A stretch of 64,000 bases of DNA. Origin: an uncultured Pseudomonadales bacterium. Lineage in GTDB: Bacteria > Patescibacteriota > Microgenomatia > UBA1400 > MFAQ01. Of the stretch, positions 48,816 through 59,083 are shown one piece after another (positions within the stretch are counted from its first letter, which is position 1; each line of letters begins with the position of its first letter). The notes under the pieces are model-generated. The model was not told where the DNA came from, searched no databases, and saw only the letters and a list, made by a program, of their open reading frames with translations. A program made the position numbers and the translations under genes. The stretch covers positions 8,597 through 72,596 of the forward strand of contig CAZARR010000002.1 in assembly GCA_964487665.1 (NCBI GenBank). The letters run 5' to 3'.

Positions 48816-49433
48816 CTATCCGAACAATCCCATCTGTTTTTCGAGCAATTGTTTTGCCTTTGCATAACCAAAATCAACTTTAACTTCTCTTGGCTCATTC
48901 CACCTATCCTTAAATTTCAATTTTCCATTCTGTTTACCGTAATCATAGATCCTTTTTGTAACCTCCACATCCATCTCACAATATCGCGCAAGCTTAGATA
49001 GACTAACCTCATCGCCTTTTTCCCACCAAACTACAGCATCGAATCCTGTCGCCAATTTGCTAATATTACCCAACGTCTCTTTTGCAATCGCATCCAACCC
49101 TATCCTTCTGCCAAATTCCCTCCTAACTTCCTCCAAAATATCAAAATGGGGCAACGAGGCAAAGATTCCCCGGTTGTAATAGACGGCCAAGGCTGGCACA
49201 TCAAAACCCTTTGAATTAAACCCAATTATCCGGTCTGCCTTTTCAAACCATGGCCACATTGCATCGAAATCCTTTTCAAAAAAACTCGCCATCTCCCCAC
49301 TACGCTCCTGATTGTACCTATCTACCTCCCGTTGATATGCCGACACCACACTTACCCCTAGTTTTCCCGGGTCGCGGCTATCAATATCACTGAAAAATTT
49401 CTTAGTTTCGACATCAAAAAATAGTTCAAGCAT
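48816..49433 (-). CDS. RNase H-like (DEDD/YprB-type) 3'-5' exonuclease
   Basis: FFDVET, IGFNSKGFD, HFD, LARYCEMDV. Confidence 0.82.
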   Translation of the reverse strand: MLELFFDVETKKFFSDIDSRDPGKLGVSVVSAYQREVDRYNQERSGEMASFFEKDFDAMWPWFEKADRIIGFNSKGFDVPALAVYYNRGIFASLPHFDILEEVRREFGRRIGLDAIAKETLGNISKLATGFDAVVWWEKGDEVSLSKLARYCEMDVEVTKRIYDYGKQNGKLKFKDRWNEPREVKVDFGYAKAKQLLEKQMGLFG

Positions 49434-49442
49434 GGCTAAAAA

Positions 49443-50792
49443 TTATATCTCAAACTCGTCGTTCAAAACGGGTGTCTCAATCGACACACCAGTAAAATTT
49501 TTATCAATCTTGTCCCTTAATGTTTTTCTTGGTTCCTCGTCTCCATGCACCAGAAAAATCTTATTTACTCCATTAATGTGACCCAACCAATCTATTAGCT
49601 GGCCTTGATCAGCATGTGCACTCATACTGGCTGTTTCACGAACATTAGCTCTTACCTCAACGCGCACATCGCCAATTCTTACCATCAATGGTGTCCCAAC
49701 GTCTTGTTTTGTTCCATCCAAAATTGACCGCCCCAAGGTTCCCATTGCTTGGTAACCTACAAATAGCAGTCGGGTGTTCTCAAATGGTAACAATTTAATT
49801 GCATGACCCATAATCCGTCCTCCGGTCATCATCCCGCTACCGGCCAAAATCACTTTGGGCTCTTTGATCGCAAATATTCGTTTGCTCTCTTTGGGATTTC
49901 TCACCACAGTTAAACCAGGAAAATCAAATGGATCGTCAATTGCGCTATGGTTTTTAAGTTCGACGTTATACAAATACCGATATTCACGAAATATATCAGT
50001 AGCCTTTATTGCCATCGGGCTGTCCAAAAACACTCTAGTTCCATCTCTAATCTTTTTTGTCTTCTTCAGATGGTCGAGGTGGTGCAACAACTCCTGCGTC
50101 CGTTCCAAAGAAAAACTCGGAATCAACAATGCACCGCCAGATTTCTCAATCTCTCCAATTTCCTCTAACAATACTTGGCTGGGGTCTTCCTTCGGATGTA
50201 GCCTGTCACCATAGGTCGACTCCATCAATACTACTTGACCCTCGGTGGGGTACTCAGTCGGGCGAACCAGTGGCTGCGGAGTATTTCCCAAATCCCCAGA
50301 AAAGATGATCTTTTTACCTCCACAATTCATCTCAACGCTTGCCGACCCCAAAATATGTCCTGCATCCCAAAAACAAAAACTATCGCCATCACCCAAATCA
50401 GCACTCTGGTGATAGTCAATTCCTTTAATCAAGGAGGTAACTTTCTCGACATCCCCCTCGGTATACAAAACCATTCCATTTCTATCTTCCTTGGCTATTT
50501 TGGCACTATCCCGAAGAACCAAATCCACCAACTCAGTCGAGGGTAAAGTCGTATAGATTGGTCCTTGATACCCCCACCGGCTCAGAAGTGGTAGTCTGCC
50601 ACAATGGTCCAGGTGTGCGTGGGTGACTATCACCGCCTTTAAACCTACTACCATTTGCGAAAGGTCTGCACTATTCAGCTCTGCCGAATCTCTACCGCCC
50701 TGAAATATTCCAAAGTCTACCAAAATCCGACTATCCAAAAGATAACTCGACCCTGTCACCATCCCGGCCGCACCCAAAAATCGCAGTAACAT
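49443..50792 (-). CDS. metallo-beta-lactamase/beta-CASP ribonuclease
   Basis: THAHLDHCG, AGHILGS, FSGDLG, MESTYG, SAHAD, VHG. Confidence 0.92.
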   Translation of the reverse strand: MLLRFLGAAGMVTGSSYLLDSRILVDFGIFQGGRDSAELNSADLSQMVVGLKAVIVTHAHLDHCGRLPLLSRWGYQGPIYTTLPSTELVDLVLRDSAKIAKEDRNGMVLYTEGDVEKVTSLIKGIDYHQSADLGDGDSFCFWDAGHILGSASVEMNCGGKKIIFSGDLGNTPQPLVRPTEYPTEGQVVLMESTYGDRLHPKEDPSQVLLEEIGEIEKSGGALLIPSFSLERTQELLHHLDHLKKTKKIRDGTRVFLDSPMAIKATDIFREYRYLYNVELKNHSAIDDPFDFPGLTVVRNPKESKRIFAIKEPKVILAGSGMMTGGRIMGHAIKLLPFENTRLLFVGYQAMGTLGRSILDGTKQDVGTPLMVRIGDVRVEVRANVRETASMSAHADQGQLIDWLGHINGVNKIFLVHGDEEPRKTLRDKIDKNFTGVSIETPVLNDEFEI

Positions 50793-50807
50793 TCATTCAG
50801 TTTAACA

Positions 50808-51101
50808 TCAGAAGCCAAATCTCGGCTCTCTCGGTTTAGCGATGTTGCACACCAGATTTCTCCCCAACACTTCCTTCCCGCTAAATACCTCTACAGCCCG
50901 CTGAGCTTCGGCCTGATTAACCATTGTTACGAACCCAAAACCTTTACTTCTTTCCTGATCACCGTTTTCCATCATCACCACTGCATCATCCACTTTTCCA
51001 TACTCAGAAAACATCTTATAAAGGTCATCGGACCTTAAAGAAAAGGGCAAATTACCCACATACAATCTAATTTCGCTTTTTTGTCCATTAAAACCACTCA
51101 C
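50808..51101 (-). CDS. RRM RNA-binding protein
   Basis: RNP2 LYVGNL, RNP1 KGFGFVTM; strong SD upstream. Confidence 0.93.
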   Translation of the reverse strand: MSGFNGQKSEIRLYVGNLPFSLRSDDLYKMFSEYGKVDDAVVMMENGDQERSKGFGFVTMVNQAEAQRAVEVFSGKEVLGRNLVCNIAKPREPRFGF

Positions 51102-51108
51102 GGCAAAG

Positions 51109-51119
51109 TCACCTCCTTA
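51109..51119 (-). promoter_or_regulatory. long Shine-Dalgarno (TAAGGAGGTGA)
   Basis: 7 nt upstream of the RRM GTG start. Confidence 0.8.
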
Positions 51120-51148
51120 GCTCCCGCTATTATATACTAATATCCGCC

Positions 51149-51898
51149 ATGAACTGCCCCCAATGTTTGCATTTTTTTTCTACCACCCCAGTTCACTTGC
51201 CTGACCATGAAGAAATTAACATCTATGAATGTTTCTACTGCGGAGGACACTTTCTTCCCCCATTAATTGCCAACCTTATCGACAAACACCAAGCCAAAAA
51301 TATTGACTCGGTCATTCCCAAGGCAAATATTCCATACCCCACCTCACCAGATTGTCCCATCTGTCGGCAGCGCCTTATTGCCATCAGTGCGGACTCCGTT
51401 CCTCGCTCGATTATCGTCTATGCCTGCCCCAGTGACCACGGTCATTACTTTCCCTCAAGAGAATTCTACAAATTTAAAATAGCCCAAGAGGCAAAGATAA
51501 CCTACCACCAACTTTGGGGAATACCCATCAAATCGGCCTTTGCTGTTATCTTGCCAGTACTTTTCTTTACTCTTGCCGTCTCGATGGGACCTACTACCGT
51601 AAACTACTTCAAAGCGCGCCAAGAGTCTCGTGTCAGTGCCTCATCACCAGTTAGCCATCCGTTGATCATAGTCCAGGACAATAACCAAGTTATTATCTCT
51701 TTTACTACCAAGACTCCAACAACATCACACATTCTTCTTTCTTCACCCAACCAAGGTACCAGCAACATTACAGTCTCCTCAACACCTCGCACTAGTCATG
51801 TCATCACCACTGAAACACTAATGACCAAAACACAATATCAGTTTACTATCTCCACCCCCGACTTCACCTCAGAAACCTACACCTTCCTCACCAACTAA
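51149..51898 (+). CDS. double zinc-ribbon (zf-TFIIB-like) membrane protein with C-terminal beta-rich domain
   Basis: CPQC..CFYC and CPIC..CPSDH, TM around residues 128-146, FN3-like Thr/Ser-rich tail. Confidence 0.7.
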   Translation: MNCPQCLHFFSTTPVHLPDHEEINIYECFYCGGHFLPPLIANLIDKHQAKNIDSVIPKANIPYPTSPDCPICRQRLIAISADSVPRSIIVYACPSDHGHYFPSREFYKFKIAQEAKITYHQLWGIPIKSAFAVILPVLFFTLAVSMGPTTVNYFKARQESRVSASSPVSHPLIIVQDNNQVIISFTTKTPTTSHILLSSPNQGTSNITVSSTPRTSHVITTETLMTKTQYQFTISTPDFTSETYTFLTN

Positions 51899-52636
51899 CT
51901 ACGCCCCCATCATATAGTCGTGCATCTCCCAAAACTTACCCTGTTCTCCCGCGCATTCACTCGCTTCTGCCGATTTCTGCGCATAAGAATGGAAAGGCAA
52001 CGGGTTATGTCTATACTCAACACTTAACTGGCTGCCATACTTCTTTTCCAATGCCTGAGTAGTCGGAAAAGCCCTCTTACAAAATGGGCACTCAAAATCC
52101 GAGAACTCCACCATCTTAACCTTGGCATTCTTATCTCCACGCACATAGCCTACATTTGTTTTCACACTTACTCTGGCTGAAGAATTACCCCCAACCTTAT
52201 CACCAGAACCGTTCTTAATCTCTGCGTCAATTATTTTTTCAAATTCCCCCTGCGGCTGAGCACCAACCAACATAACCCCATTAATAAAAAAGCTTGGTGT
52301 GCCAGACACCCCCAAAGACCCACCATACGCCAAGTCGTCTTTTACCTTCTGTTCATATTTTCCCGAATCTAAACAAAAATCAAACTTATCTCCATCCATA
52401 CCCAAATTTCGCGCCTGCATCTTCAAATTCGAAACCTGCAGCGGTGACGGTGCAGCTGAACCATTCCCTGCCTGTTGTGCCGTCGGCGCCGTGGGGGCGA
52501 CACCTTTCTGTAACAAATCAACCTGAGAAGACAATCGACCTACCCAAAATGCCCCACCTATAAGCAACGCCACCACAATTGGGGGGTACAACCATGCAAT
52601 TGGATTCTGATTTGAAACTGTTTGTTTTTCACTCAT
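51899..52636 (-). CDS. DsbA family oxidoreductase, circularly permuted
   Basis: TM, then GVSGTPSFFING..GAQP, then EFSDFECPFC..RHNPL..QGKFWEMHD; ATG 52636 with TATTAT upstream. Confidence 0.85.
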   Translation of the reverse strand: MSEKQTVSNQNPIAWLYPPIVVALLIGGAFWVGRLSSQVDLLQKGVAPTAPTAQQAGNGSAAPSPLQVSNLKMQARNLGMDGDKFDFCLDSGKYEQKVKDDLAYGGSLGVSGTPSFFINGVMLVGAQPQGEFEKIIDAEIKNGSGDKVGGNSSARVSVKTNVGYVRGDKNAKVKMVEFSDFECPFCKRAFPTTQALEKKYGSQLSVEYRHNPLPFHSYAQKSAEASECAGEQGKFWEMHDYMMGA

Positions 52637-52676
52637 CGTCCCTTGATAATACCATAAGTTTATAATTGCTCTCAAC

Positions 52677-53663
52677 ATGGCCAACCCCCGCTGGATCAAG
52701 AACCTCGCCTTCGCCAATTACTTCGAAATTTTACTGATTACCGCCACAATTACCGTCATATCGACAAGAATATTTTTGCAGACCACCCATTTTCAGTTGT
52801 CTCCCGGCGACTTACACATTGCTCACGTTCTTTGGGGGGGTCTATTTATGTTTATCAGTATTTTTCTCCTCCTCGGTTTTCTGAACAAATCGACAATGTT
52901 GCTAGGAAGCCTATTCGGGGGGGTTGGTTTTGGACTATTTGTCGACGAAATAGGTAAGTTTGTCACCAAGGACAATAATTATTTCTATCAGCCAGCTGTT
53001 GCCCTAGTGTACTGCGTCTTCGTTGTTATTTACCTTGTTTTTAATTATTTAAACAAAAAACCCATTTCCACCGACACCGAATACCTTTCCAATGCCATTG
53101 AGGGTATCAAACATCTCTATACCGATGAACCAACATCCGACAGAGTCGAGTCGATTCGTAAATTACTTTCTTTAGCCAAACAGAACCTACACTCCCGCCT
53201 ACTCGCACAATTTGTCAGTTCCATTTCCCCAAAAACACCATCTTCCTCCAAAAGAATTACCTCCACCCTCAAACATCTCTATCACTTACTTAAAATCAGT
53301 CGCTCTCCCCGCAGGTTGTCAATTCTCGTCACTATTTATTTTTCATTACACTCCCTGATCAACCTTGGCCAAACAATCATTACCACCTGGCAACCACGAT
53401 CGGGGGTTTCTCAGTGGGGGGAGTGGTTATCAACCTTGGTGGCCAACGGTCTAGTACTTTTTGGGCTAATTCGGTTACGCAAATCTCGTCTCGCATCCTA
53501 CAAAATTTTAAAAACCTCAATCCTCATCTCCATTTTTATCACCCAAATTTTTACCTTTTATCTTGACCAGCTTTCAGCCCTCTTCGGTCTGGCTATCAAC
53601 TTGGTTTCACTAATCGGGATTAACTATCTCATTGACACACGAACCAAATTTGCCTATTCTTAA
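52677..53663 (+). CDS. multi-pass membrane protein
   Basis: HIAHVLWGG, GFGLFVDEIGKF; many TM segments. Confidence 0.75.
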   Translation: MANPRWIKNLAFANYFEILLITATITVISTRIFLQTTHFQLSPGDLHIAHVLWGGLFMFISIFLLLGFLNKSTMLLGSLFGGVGFGLFVDEIGKFVTKDNNYFYQPAVALVYCVFVVIYLVFNYLNKKPISTDTEYLSNAIEGIKHLYTDEPTSDRVESIRKLLSLAKQNLHSRLLAQFVSSISPKTPSSSKRITSTLKHLYHLLKISRSPRRLSILVTIYFSLHSLINLGQTIITTWQPRSGVSQWGEWLSTLVANGLVLFGLIRLRKSRLASYKILKTSILISIFITQIFTFYLDQLSALFGLAINLVSLIGINYLIDTRTKFAYS

Positions 53664-53672
53664 CTAACTGAC

Positions 53673-54149
53673 ATGAATAAAAAAACCCTTGCTGTATTGT
53701 CGCTCATCTGCTTACTTTCCTTAGGTCTCACCTACAAAACCTTATTCTCCAGCAAAAAACAAAACACCACACCCATAGCTAACCCGACCAACTTTCAAGA
53801 TTTATCTAACCAGGCTGTCCAAGGTGGACCCCGCGATAACCCTGAGGAGGCATACAAAACCTATTCCCACGACGCTTTCGTCAAGGATCCTGCCAAAAAA
53901 CGAGTCATCTTTTTCACCTCCCCCTCCTGCACTAGTTGCAAGCCAATCGAAAAAGAACTTACCGATTCCAAAGCTAGCATTCCCACTGACTACACAATAT
54001 TTGTCGCCGACCTCACTCAAGAAAAAGACCTAGCCGCCAAACTCGGGGTAAATTACCAACACACTTTTGTCGTTGTCGACCAAAACGGACAAAAAACCCT
54101 CAGTTGGAATGGGGGAGGTTTGCGCGAACTCCTCATTAACCTAAGATAA
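53673..54149 (+). CDS. exported thioredoxin-fold protein
   Basis: Signal/anchor, FFTSPSCTSC, GVNYQHT. Confidence 0.75.
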   Translation: MNKKTLAVLSLICLLSLGLTYKTLFSSKKQNTTPIANPTNFQDLSNQAVQGGPRDNPEEAYKTYSHDAFVKDPAKKRVIFFTSPSCTSCKPIEKELTDSKASIPTDYTIFVADLTQEKDLAAKLGVNYQHTFVVVDQNGQKTLSWNGGGLRELLINLR

Positions 54150-54915
54150 ACACAGCCAAATACAACAGTCCCACCAGAATTCGATAATATCCGAACCTTT
54201 TTAAGTCCCCTCTAGAAACGTACGACAAAAAAGCCTTCACCACGACCAACGCGCAGACAAAAGCCACCACAAAACCCAAAATCAATATTTGCACCTGTTT
54301 GCTGCCAAAAGAACCCGCACTCCTTACCAAATCAAGCCCTGTCGCCGCAAACATTGTTGGCAGGGACAACAAAAAAGAGAACTCTACCGCCTGCTTCCTC
54401 GTCAGACCCATTACCATTCCTCCGATTATCGTCGCTGCCGCTCGAGACACGCCTGGAATGACAGACAAAGATTGGAACAGTCCAATGGAAACCAGTTTTT
54501 TTTTGTCCAGTTTGTCGATGTCGCTAACTCCCGGACCCCTAGATCGCCCATTCGACTCAAACCATAGTATAAAAACCCCCCCCAACATCAAAGTTACTGC
54601 CACCAACACATCACTACCCAACAAGTATTGCTTAACAACTGGGTACAACAAAAGACCAACAAGCCCGGTTGGTAAAAACGCCACCACAATTTTCCACCAC
54701 CATTGCTTATGCCGCCACAAGGTATTTGCGTACAAACATGCCACCGCCAAAACTGCCCCCAATTGGATAAAAATTTCAAATGTCTTCACAAAGTCTGTCG
54801 AAGTAATCCCCAACAGCCGACCTACCAAAATCATATGTCCCGTCGAAGACACAGGGAGAAATTCAGTCAGCCCTTCGACTACTGCTAATACCACCGCCTG
54901 ATACCAAGTCAACAT
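54136..54915 (-). CDS. uppP: undecaprenyl-diphosphate phosphatase
   Basis: EGLTEFLPVSSTGH, IQLGA, PGVSRA..TI, EFSFLL. Confidence 0.95.
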   Translation of the reverse strand: MLTWYQAVVLAVVEGLTEFLPVSSTGHMILVGRLLGITSTDFVKTFEIFIQLGAVLAVACLYANTLWRHKQWWWKIVVAFLPTGLVGLLLYPVVKQYLLGSDVLVAVTLMLGGVFILWFESNGRSRGPGVSDIDKLDKKKLVSIGLFQSLSVIPGVSRAAATIIGGMVMGLTRKQAVEFSFLLSLPTMFAATGLDLVRSAGSFGSKQVQILILGFVVAFVCALVVVKAFLSYVSRGDLKRFGYYRILVGLLYLAVFILG

Positions 54916-54961
54916 CGCTTTAGCTAGTGTACCACCCTCAAATACCCGGTATTATTAATGT

Positions 54962-56782
54962 ATGAGGTTCCCCAAATCAGCCAACGCTCCCCAAGGCCTA
55001 GGCAATCTTTGGCGTGTCTACCTGAGCACCCAAAAGCTCATTTGGAATATTGACCACAAATTAGCCGCCGGTCTTGCTATTTCCAGTATTATTACCGGTT
55101 TACTTAATTACCCCCGAATTTTAATCACCAAAGCCTATCTAGATACCATTGTGGCGGCTATCAAAGTCGGCTCCCCACAACCATATTTTCTCACTCTTAT
55201 TTGGCTTACCCTGGGGAACTTGGCCATTAGCCAAATTGATAGCTACCTCAACAATTATAGTGGCAATAGTGAGCGTCTTTTAAACAGAATACTTCAAACC
55301 AAAGTCGGTATTAACATTGCCCGAAAACTTAACACTATTCCCGTTTCCGAAGCTGAAAAACCAGAAGTTCGCGATTTATCTCAAAGAGTCAATGACAACC
55401 TAAGTAGTCTCTGGCGGTTGCAACAAACAGTTAGTAACATACCAGAAACATTCTTTACCATTGTTTCCACCCTCATTCCTCTTATCACATATCTCCCCCT
55501 ATCAATCATCCCTGCCATCATCCTCGCTATTCCCGATATCATTATTGGCAACAAATACGCCAAAATCGGTTATGCCATCCGCTCCAAAAATGCCGCCCTC
55601 TGGCGCCTGTGGACTGCTTTCGAAGATTTTACCCTCAAAGGTCGCTATCTCTACGAAAACAAAATCCTTCGCCACACCGAGATCCTTTTTAAACGAGAAA
55701 ACAAAATCGCTCATAGAGTTTTTCTTGAGGATTTCAAACTCGATCTCGAAGCTACTCGAAAAAGACAAGGCACCAGATTTGTTATGGATCTGTTCGAACT
55801 TATCACAACCTTGTACTTGTTTACCCGAGCAGCTTACCAAACAATTTCCCTCGGTACTGCCCAGATTGCTATCCAATCAATCAGAAGTTTTATCGGCAGA
55901 CTTTCCTTCCTCATCCGTCAATGTAGTTCCCTTGTCGAGGACTACCTCTTTATCCAGGACTACGAAAAACTAATGTCTATCCCCGACGAGGAACCGCACA
56001 AGGGAGTTCACTTTCCAGCGAGGATAACTTATGGCCTAGAATTCCGCCACGTTTGGTTTAAATATGGACAAAACCCCCACTGGACCATCAAAGATATCTC
56101 TTTTGTCCTCGATCCCACCGACAATCTAGCCATCGTAGGTCAAAATGGAGCTGGCAAATCAACCCTGATAAAACTTATCTGCCGCTTTTACCAGCCCCAA
56201 CGCGGAGAAATCCTTCTTAATGGTAAAAACATTAACGACTATTCACTGTCTGAATACCAGCACCACCTTTCTGCCCTTTTTCAAGATTTTGCCCAATACC
56301 CATTCAACGCTCGAGATAATATCGCCTTTGGTGATATTATCAAGAAATCGGCTATTAGCGACATTCGCCAAGCCGCGAAACTTACCGGAATTGACGACTT
56401 TATTTTGTCCCTTCCCCACAAATACAAAAACTCGCTCGACAAGGAATTCAAAGGCGGAATTGAACCCTCCAAGGGCCAATGGCAACGTATTGCCCTGGCT
56501 CGAGCGCTATATCGCGACTCAGTCATTATCATTCTCGACGAACCAACCTCGAACGTTGATCCCGAGTCCGAAGAAGAAATCTTTCAGCGTCTTCTTCGAG
56601 TTGCTCAAAACAAAATGGTCATTCTTGTTTCCCATCGCTTCAGCACCGTCCGCCGGGCTGACAAAATATTAGTCCTCGAAGATGGTCGCGTCATCGAATA
56701 CGACAACCATACTAATCTAATTAGACATCGTGGCCGTTACCATCAGCTTTTTACTGCTCAGGCCAAAAATTATCAACAGTGA
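54962..56782 (+). CDS. ABC exporter, fused TMD-NBD
   Basis: GQNGAGKS, FQDF, PSKGQWQR, LDEPT, SHR. Confidence 0.92.
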   Translation: MRFPKSANAPQGLGNLWRVYLSTQKLIWNIDHKLAAGLAISSIITGLLNYPRILITKAYLDTIVAAIKVGSPQPYFLTLIWLTLGNLAISQIDSYLNNYSGNSERLLNRILQTKVGINIARKLNTIPVSEAEKPEVRDLSQRVNDNLSSLWRLQQTVSNIPETFFTIVSTLIPLITYLPLSIIPAIILAIPDIIIGNKYAKIGYAIRSKNAALWRLWTAFEDFTLKGRYLYENKILRHTEILFKRENKIAHRVFLEDFKLDLEATRKRQGTRFVMDLFELITTLYLFTRAAYQTISLGTAQIAIQSIRSFIGRLSFLIRQCSSLVEDYLFIQDYEKLMSIPDEEPHKGVHFPARITYGLEFRHVWFKYGQNPHWTIKDISFVLDPTDNLAIVGQNGAGKSTLIKLICRFYQPQRGEILLNGKNINDYSLSEYQHHLSALFQDFAQYPFNARDNIAFGDIIKKSAISDIRQAAKLTGIDDFILSLPHKYKNSLDKEFKGGIEPSKGQWQRIALARALYRDSVIIILDEPTSNVDPESEEEIFQRLLRVAQNKMVILVSHRFSTVRRADKILVLEDGRVIEYDNHTNLIRHRGRYHQLFTAQAKNYQQ

Positions 56783-57921
56783 CTAGCTCAACCGTAAGAC
56801 TATTCATTCTTCAGTTCCTGATCGCTACCCTTATTTTTCTTGCCCATTATTTTATCGTCGGTCAGGCAGTTTACGGTGACGGTCGTATCTATTATGCCTA
56901 TGCAGTCTCACTATATTTTGACCATGATCTGGACACTCGCAATCAACTTCCTCAACTACCGGAATTATCAAATCCAAGCCACCCCATCGGAAGCGGTCTA
57001 GCCTATCTACCACCCCTCATCCTAGCTAACTTCGTCAGCAATCTATTCTCACTTAATTTACCTCCCCTTTCTCATCTTTATCAAATTACCACCGGTCTCT
57101 ATTTAGTTTTCCTCTCTTCTATTGGTCTTTACCTTACCTACCGTACCCTTACTCGATTTTTCTCGGCAACAACATCACTGCTGGCTCTGACCACTCTCTG
57201 GCTTACCACTAATTTATTTTTTTACACCGCGATCGACCTTCTCAACTCTCACCCTGTGTCATTTTTTCTCGCCTCCCTGACATTAAACATTGCCACTAGT
57301 AAAAAAATTACCAATAAACACGTCTATCTCATTGCGTTGCTCACAGGTTTTGCCACTTCCGTCCGCGACCAAGATATTATCAGCTACCTACCGTTACTGT
57401 TTTTATCACTATACAAACTAAACCATGTGACCAAGCTCAAAAATATGATTTTTTCAACTTCTCTTTCGCTATTACTGATCTTTGTCGGACTTCTTCCACA
57501 AACTATTTTTCGCCTAACCTACCACCATCAACTTACTTCTACCTGGCTCAGTCCGACTAATTGGGACATATTTCACCCAAAAATTATCAACCTTTTAGTT
57601 GGACCAGAACGCGGCTTACTTTTCTATTCGCCCTTAATATTCGCAGCGCTTTGGGGACTATCCAAATGGAAACATCAACTTGCCAAAGTTGGCACAATTA
57701 CCTTCACTCTTCAATTCCTCCTTATCTCCGTCTGGTGGGCTTGGCACCAAGGAGCTTCCTATGGTATCCGTATGCTGATATCCACCTACCCACTCATCAG
57801 TCTAGGGATGGGTTATTTTTTCTCGCGTCTCTCTGTCAACTTTTCAAAACTGCTTATCATCTTTTTTACCATCCTCAACCTATCCACAATTCTATGTTTT
57901 TTACTCTTCACGACCACGTAG
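56779..57921 (+). CDS. GT-C-like polytopic membrane glycosyltransferase
   Basis: GDGRIYY after TM1, about 10 TM, GLLFYSP, W.QGASYG.R. Confidence 0.6.
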   Translation: MTSSTVRLFILQFLIATLIFLAHYFIVGQAVYGDGRIYYAYAVSLYFDHDLDTRNQLPQLPELSNPSHPIGSGLAYLPPLILANFVSNLFSLNLPPLSHLYQITTGLYLVFLSSIGLYLTYRTLTRFFSATTSLLALTTLWLTTNLFFYTAIDLLNSHPVSFFLASLTLNIATSKKITNKHVYLIALLTGFATSVRDQDIISYLPLLFLSLYKLNHVTKLKNMIFSTSLSLLLIFVGLLPQTIFRLTYHHQLTSTWLSPTNWDIFHPKIINLLVGPERGLLFYSPLIFAALWGLSKWKHQLAKVGTITFTLQFLLISVWWAWHQGASYGIRMLISTYPLISLGMGYFFSRLSVNFSKLLIIFFTILNLSTILCFLLFTTT

Positions 57922-57931
57922 ATATTCTAGG

Positions 57932-59083
57932 TTAGTCTACAAAGGTTAGTGCCTTACCCTTTTTATCTGCTCGCCCCGTCCTTCCAATCCTGTGAATATA
58001 GTCTTCATATGAGGTGGGTGCGTCATAATTTATTACGTGAGTAACATCGTTTATATCAAGCCCCCTAGATGCAATATCTGTTGCCAGCAATATTCGTATT
58101 CTATCTTGCCTAAACTGCTCCAAGGCCAGCTGGCGTTGCGACTGAGTTTTATTACCATGTATCGACACCACTTGGAATCCCCTCTGGGTTAATGTCCGCG
58201 AAAGTTTCTCAATTCCTAACTTAGTTCTTCCGAATATTAGTACCTTTTCAAATTCTTCTTTTATCAACAGTTCGTGGAGCACATCCACTTTTTGTCTACC
58301 ATTAACCCTTACCACATCCTGCTCTACACTGGCGGCAGTCTTACCAGCCCGCACTGAAATAGTTACTGGATTAACCAAAAATTCATTTGCCAATTTCCGG
58401 GTATCATCGGGTAACGTTGCCGAAAAGAACAAAGACTGACGCACCTTGGGAAGTTTTGCCACAATCTGTTTTATATCATTCACAAATCCCATATCCAGCA
58501 TTCGGTCTACCTCGTCCAAAACAATCGAATTAAACACCCCAAATCCTATCGCTCGATGATTTTCTAGATCTTTTAATCTTCCCGGAGTTCCTATGACAAA
58601 GTTGAAATTTCTACGTAAATCATTCATTTGTCTACGTATCGGTACCCCACCAATACACACAACAGCTTGAATTCCCATCGTCTTCACAAAGTCATTAAAT
58701 TCTCCGGCAATTTGAACTGCCAATTCCCTAGTTGGCACAACGATCAACACTTTCTCTCCCCTCGCTTTGTTAACCTTTTCAATCAAAGGTAACAAAAATG
58801 CCGCCGTTTTTCCCGTCCCCGTCTGAGCTATGCCAACCACATCCCTACCCAAAAATAGCTCGGGGATAGCCTGGTCTTGAATTGGTGTTGGCTGTTGGTA
58901 GCCGCGACTTTCTACGTTTCGTCTCAATTGATCCGAAAGTGGAAAATCAGCAAATGAATTCTTGCACACATACTGTTCGACAGCCTCATCCTGGGCCTTC
59001 CGAACAAACAGGTTACTGTCAATCGGCTTTGGGTCTCTACGTCCTCGCCACCCCCCCGTTCTTCGATTATTTTGATAATACAT
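57932..59083 (-). CDS. DEAD-box RNA helicase (RhlE-like, DEVD variant)
   Basis: PTPIQ, AQTGTGKT, PTRELA, TPGR, DEVD, SAT, RGLD, HRIGRTGR; ATG 59083. Confidence 0.95.
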   Translation of the reverse strand: MYYQNNRRTGGWRGRRDPKPIDSNLFVRKAQDEAVEQYVCKNSFADFPLSDQLRRNVESRGYQQPTPIQDQAIPELFLGRDVVGIAQTGTGKTAAFLLPLIEKVNKARGEKVLIVVPTRELAVQIAGEFNDFVKTMGIQAVVCIGGVPIRRQMNDLRRNFNFVIGTPGRLKDLENHRAIGFGVFNSIVLDEVDRMLDMGFVNDIKQIVAKLPKVRQSLFFSATLPDDTRKLANEFLVNPVTISVRAGKTAASVEQDVVRVNGRQKVDVLHELLIKEEFEKVLIFGRTKLGIEKLSRTLTQRGFQVVSIHGNKTQSQRQLALEQFRQDRIRILLATDIASRGLDINDVTHVINYDAPTSYEDYIHRIGRTGRADKKGKALTFVD

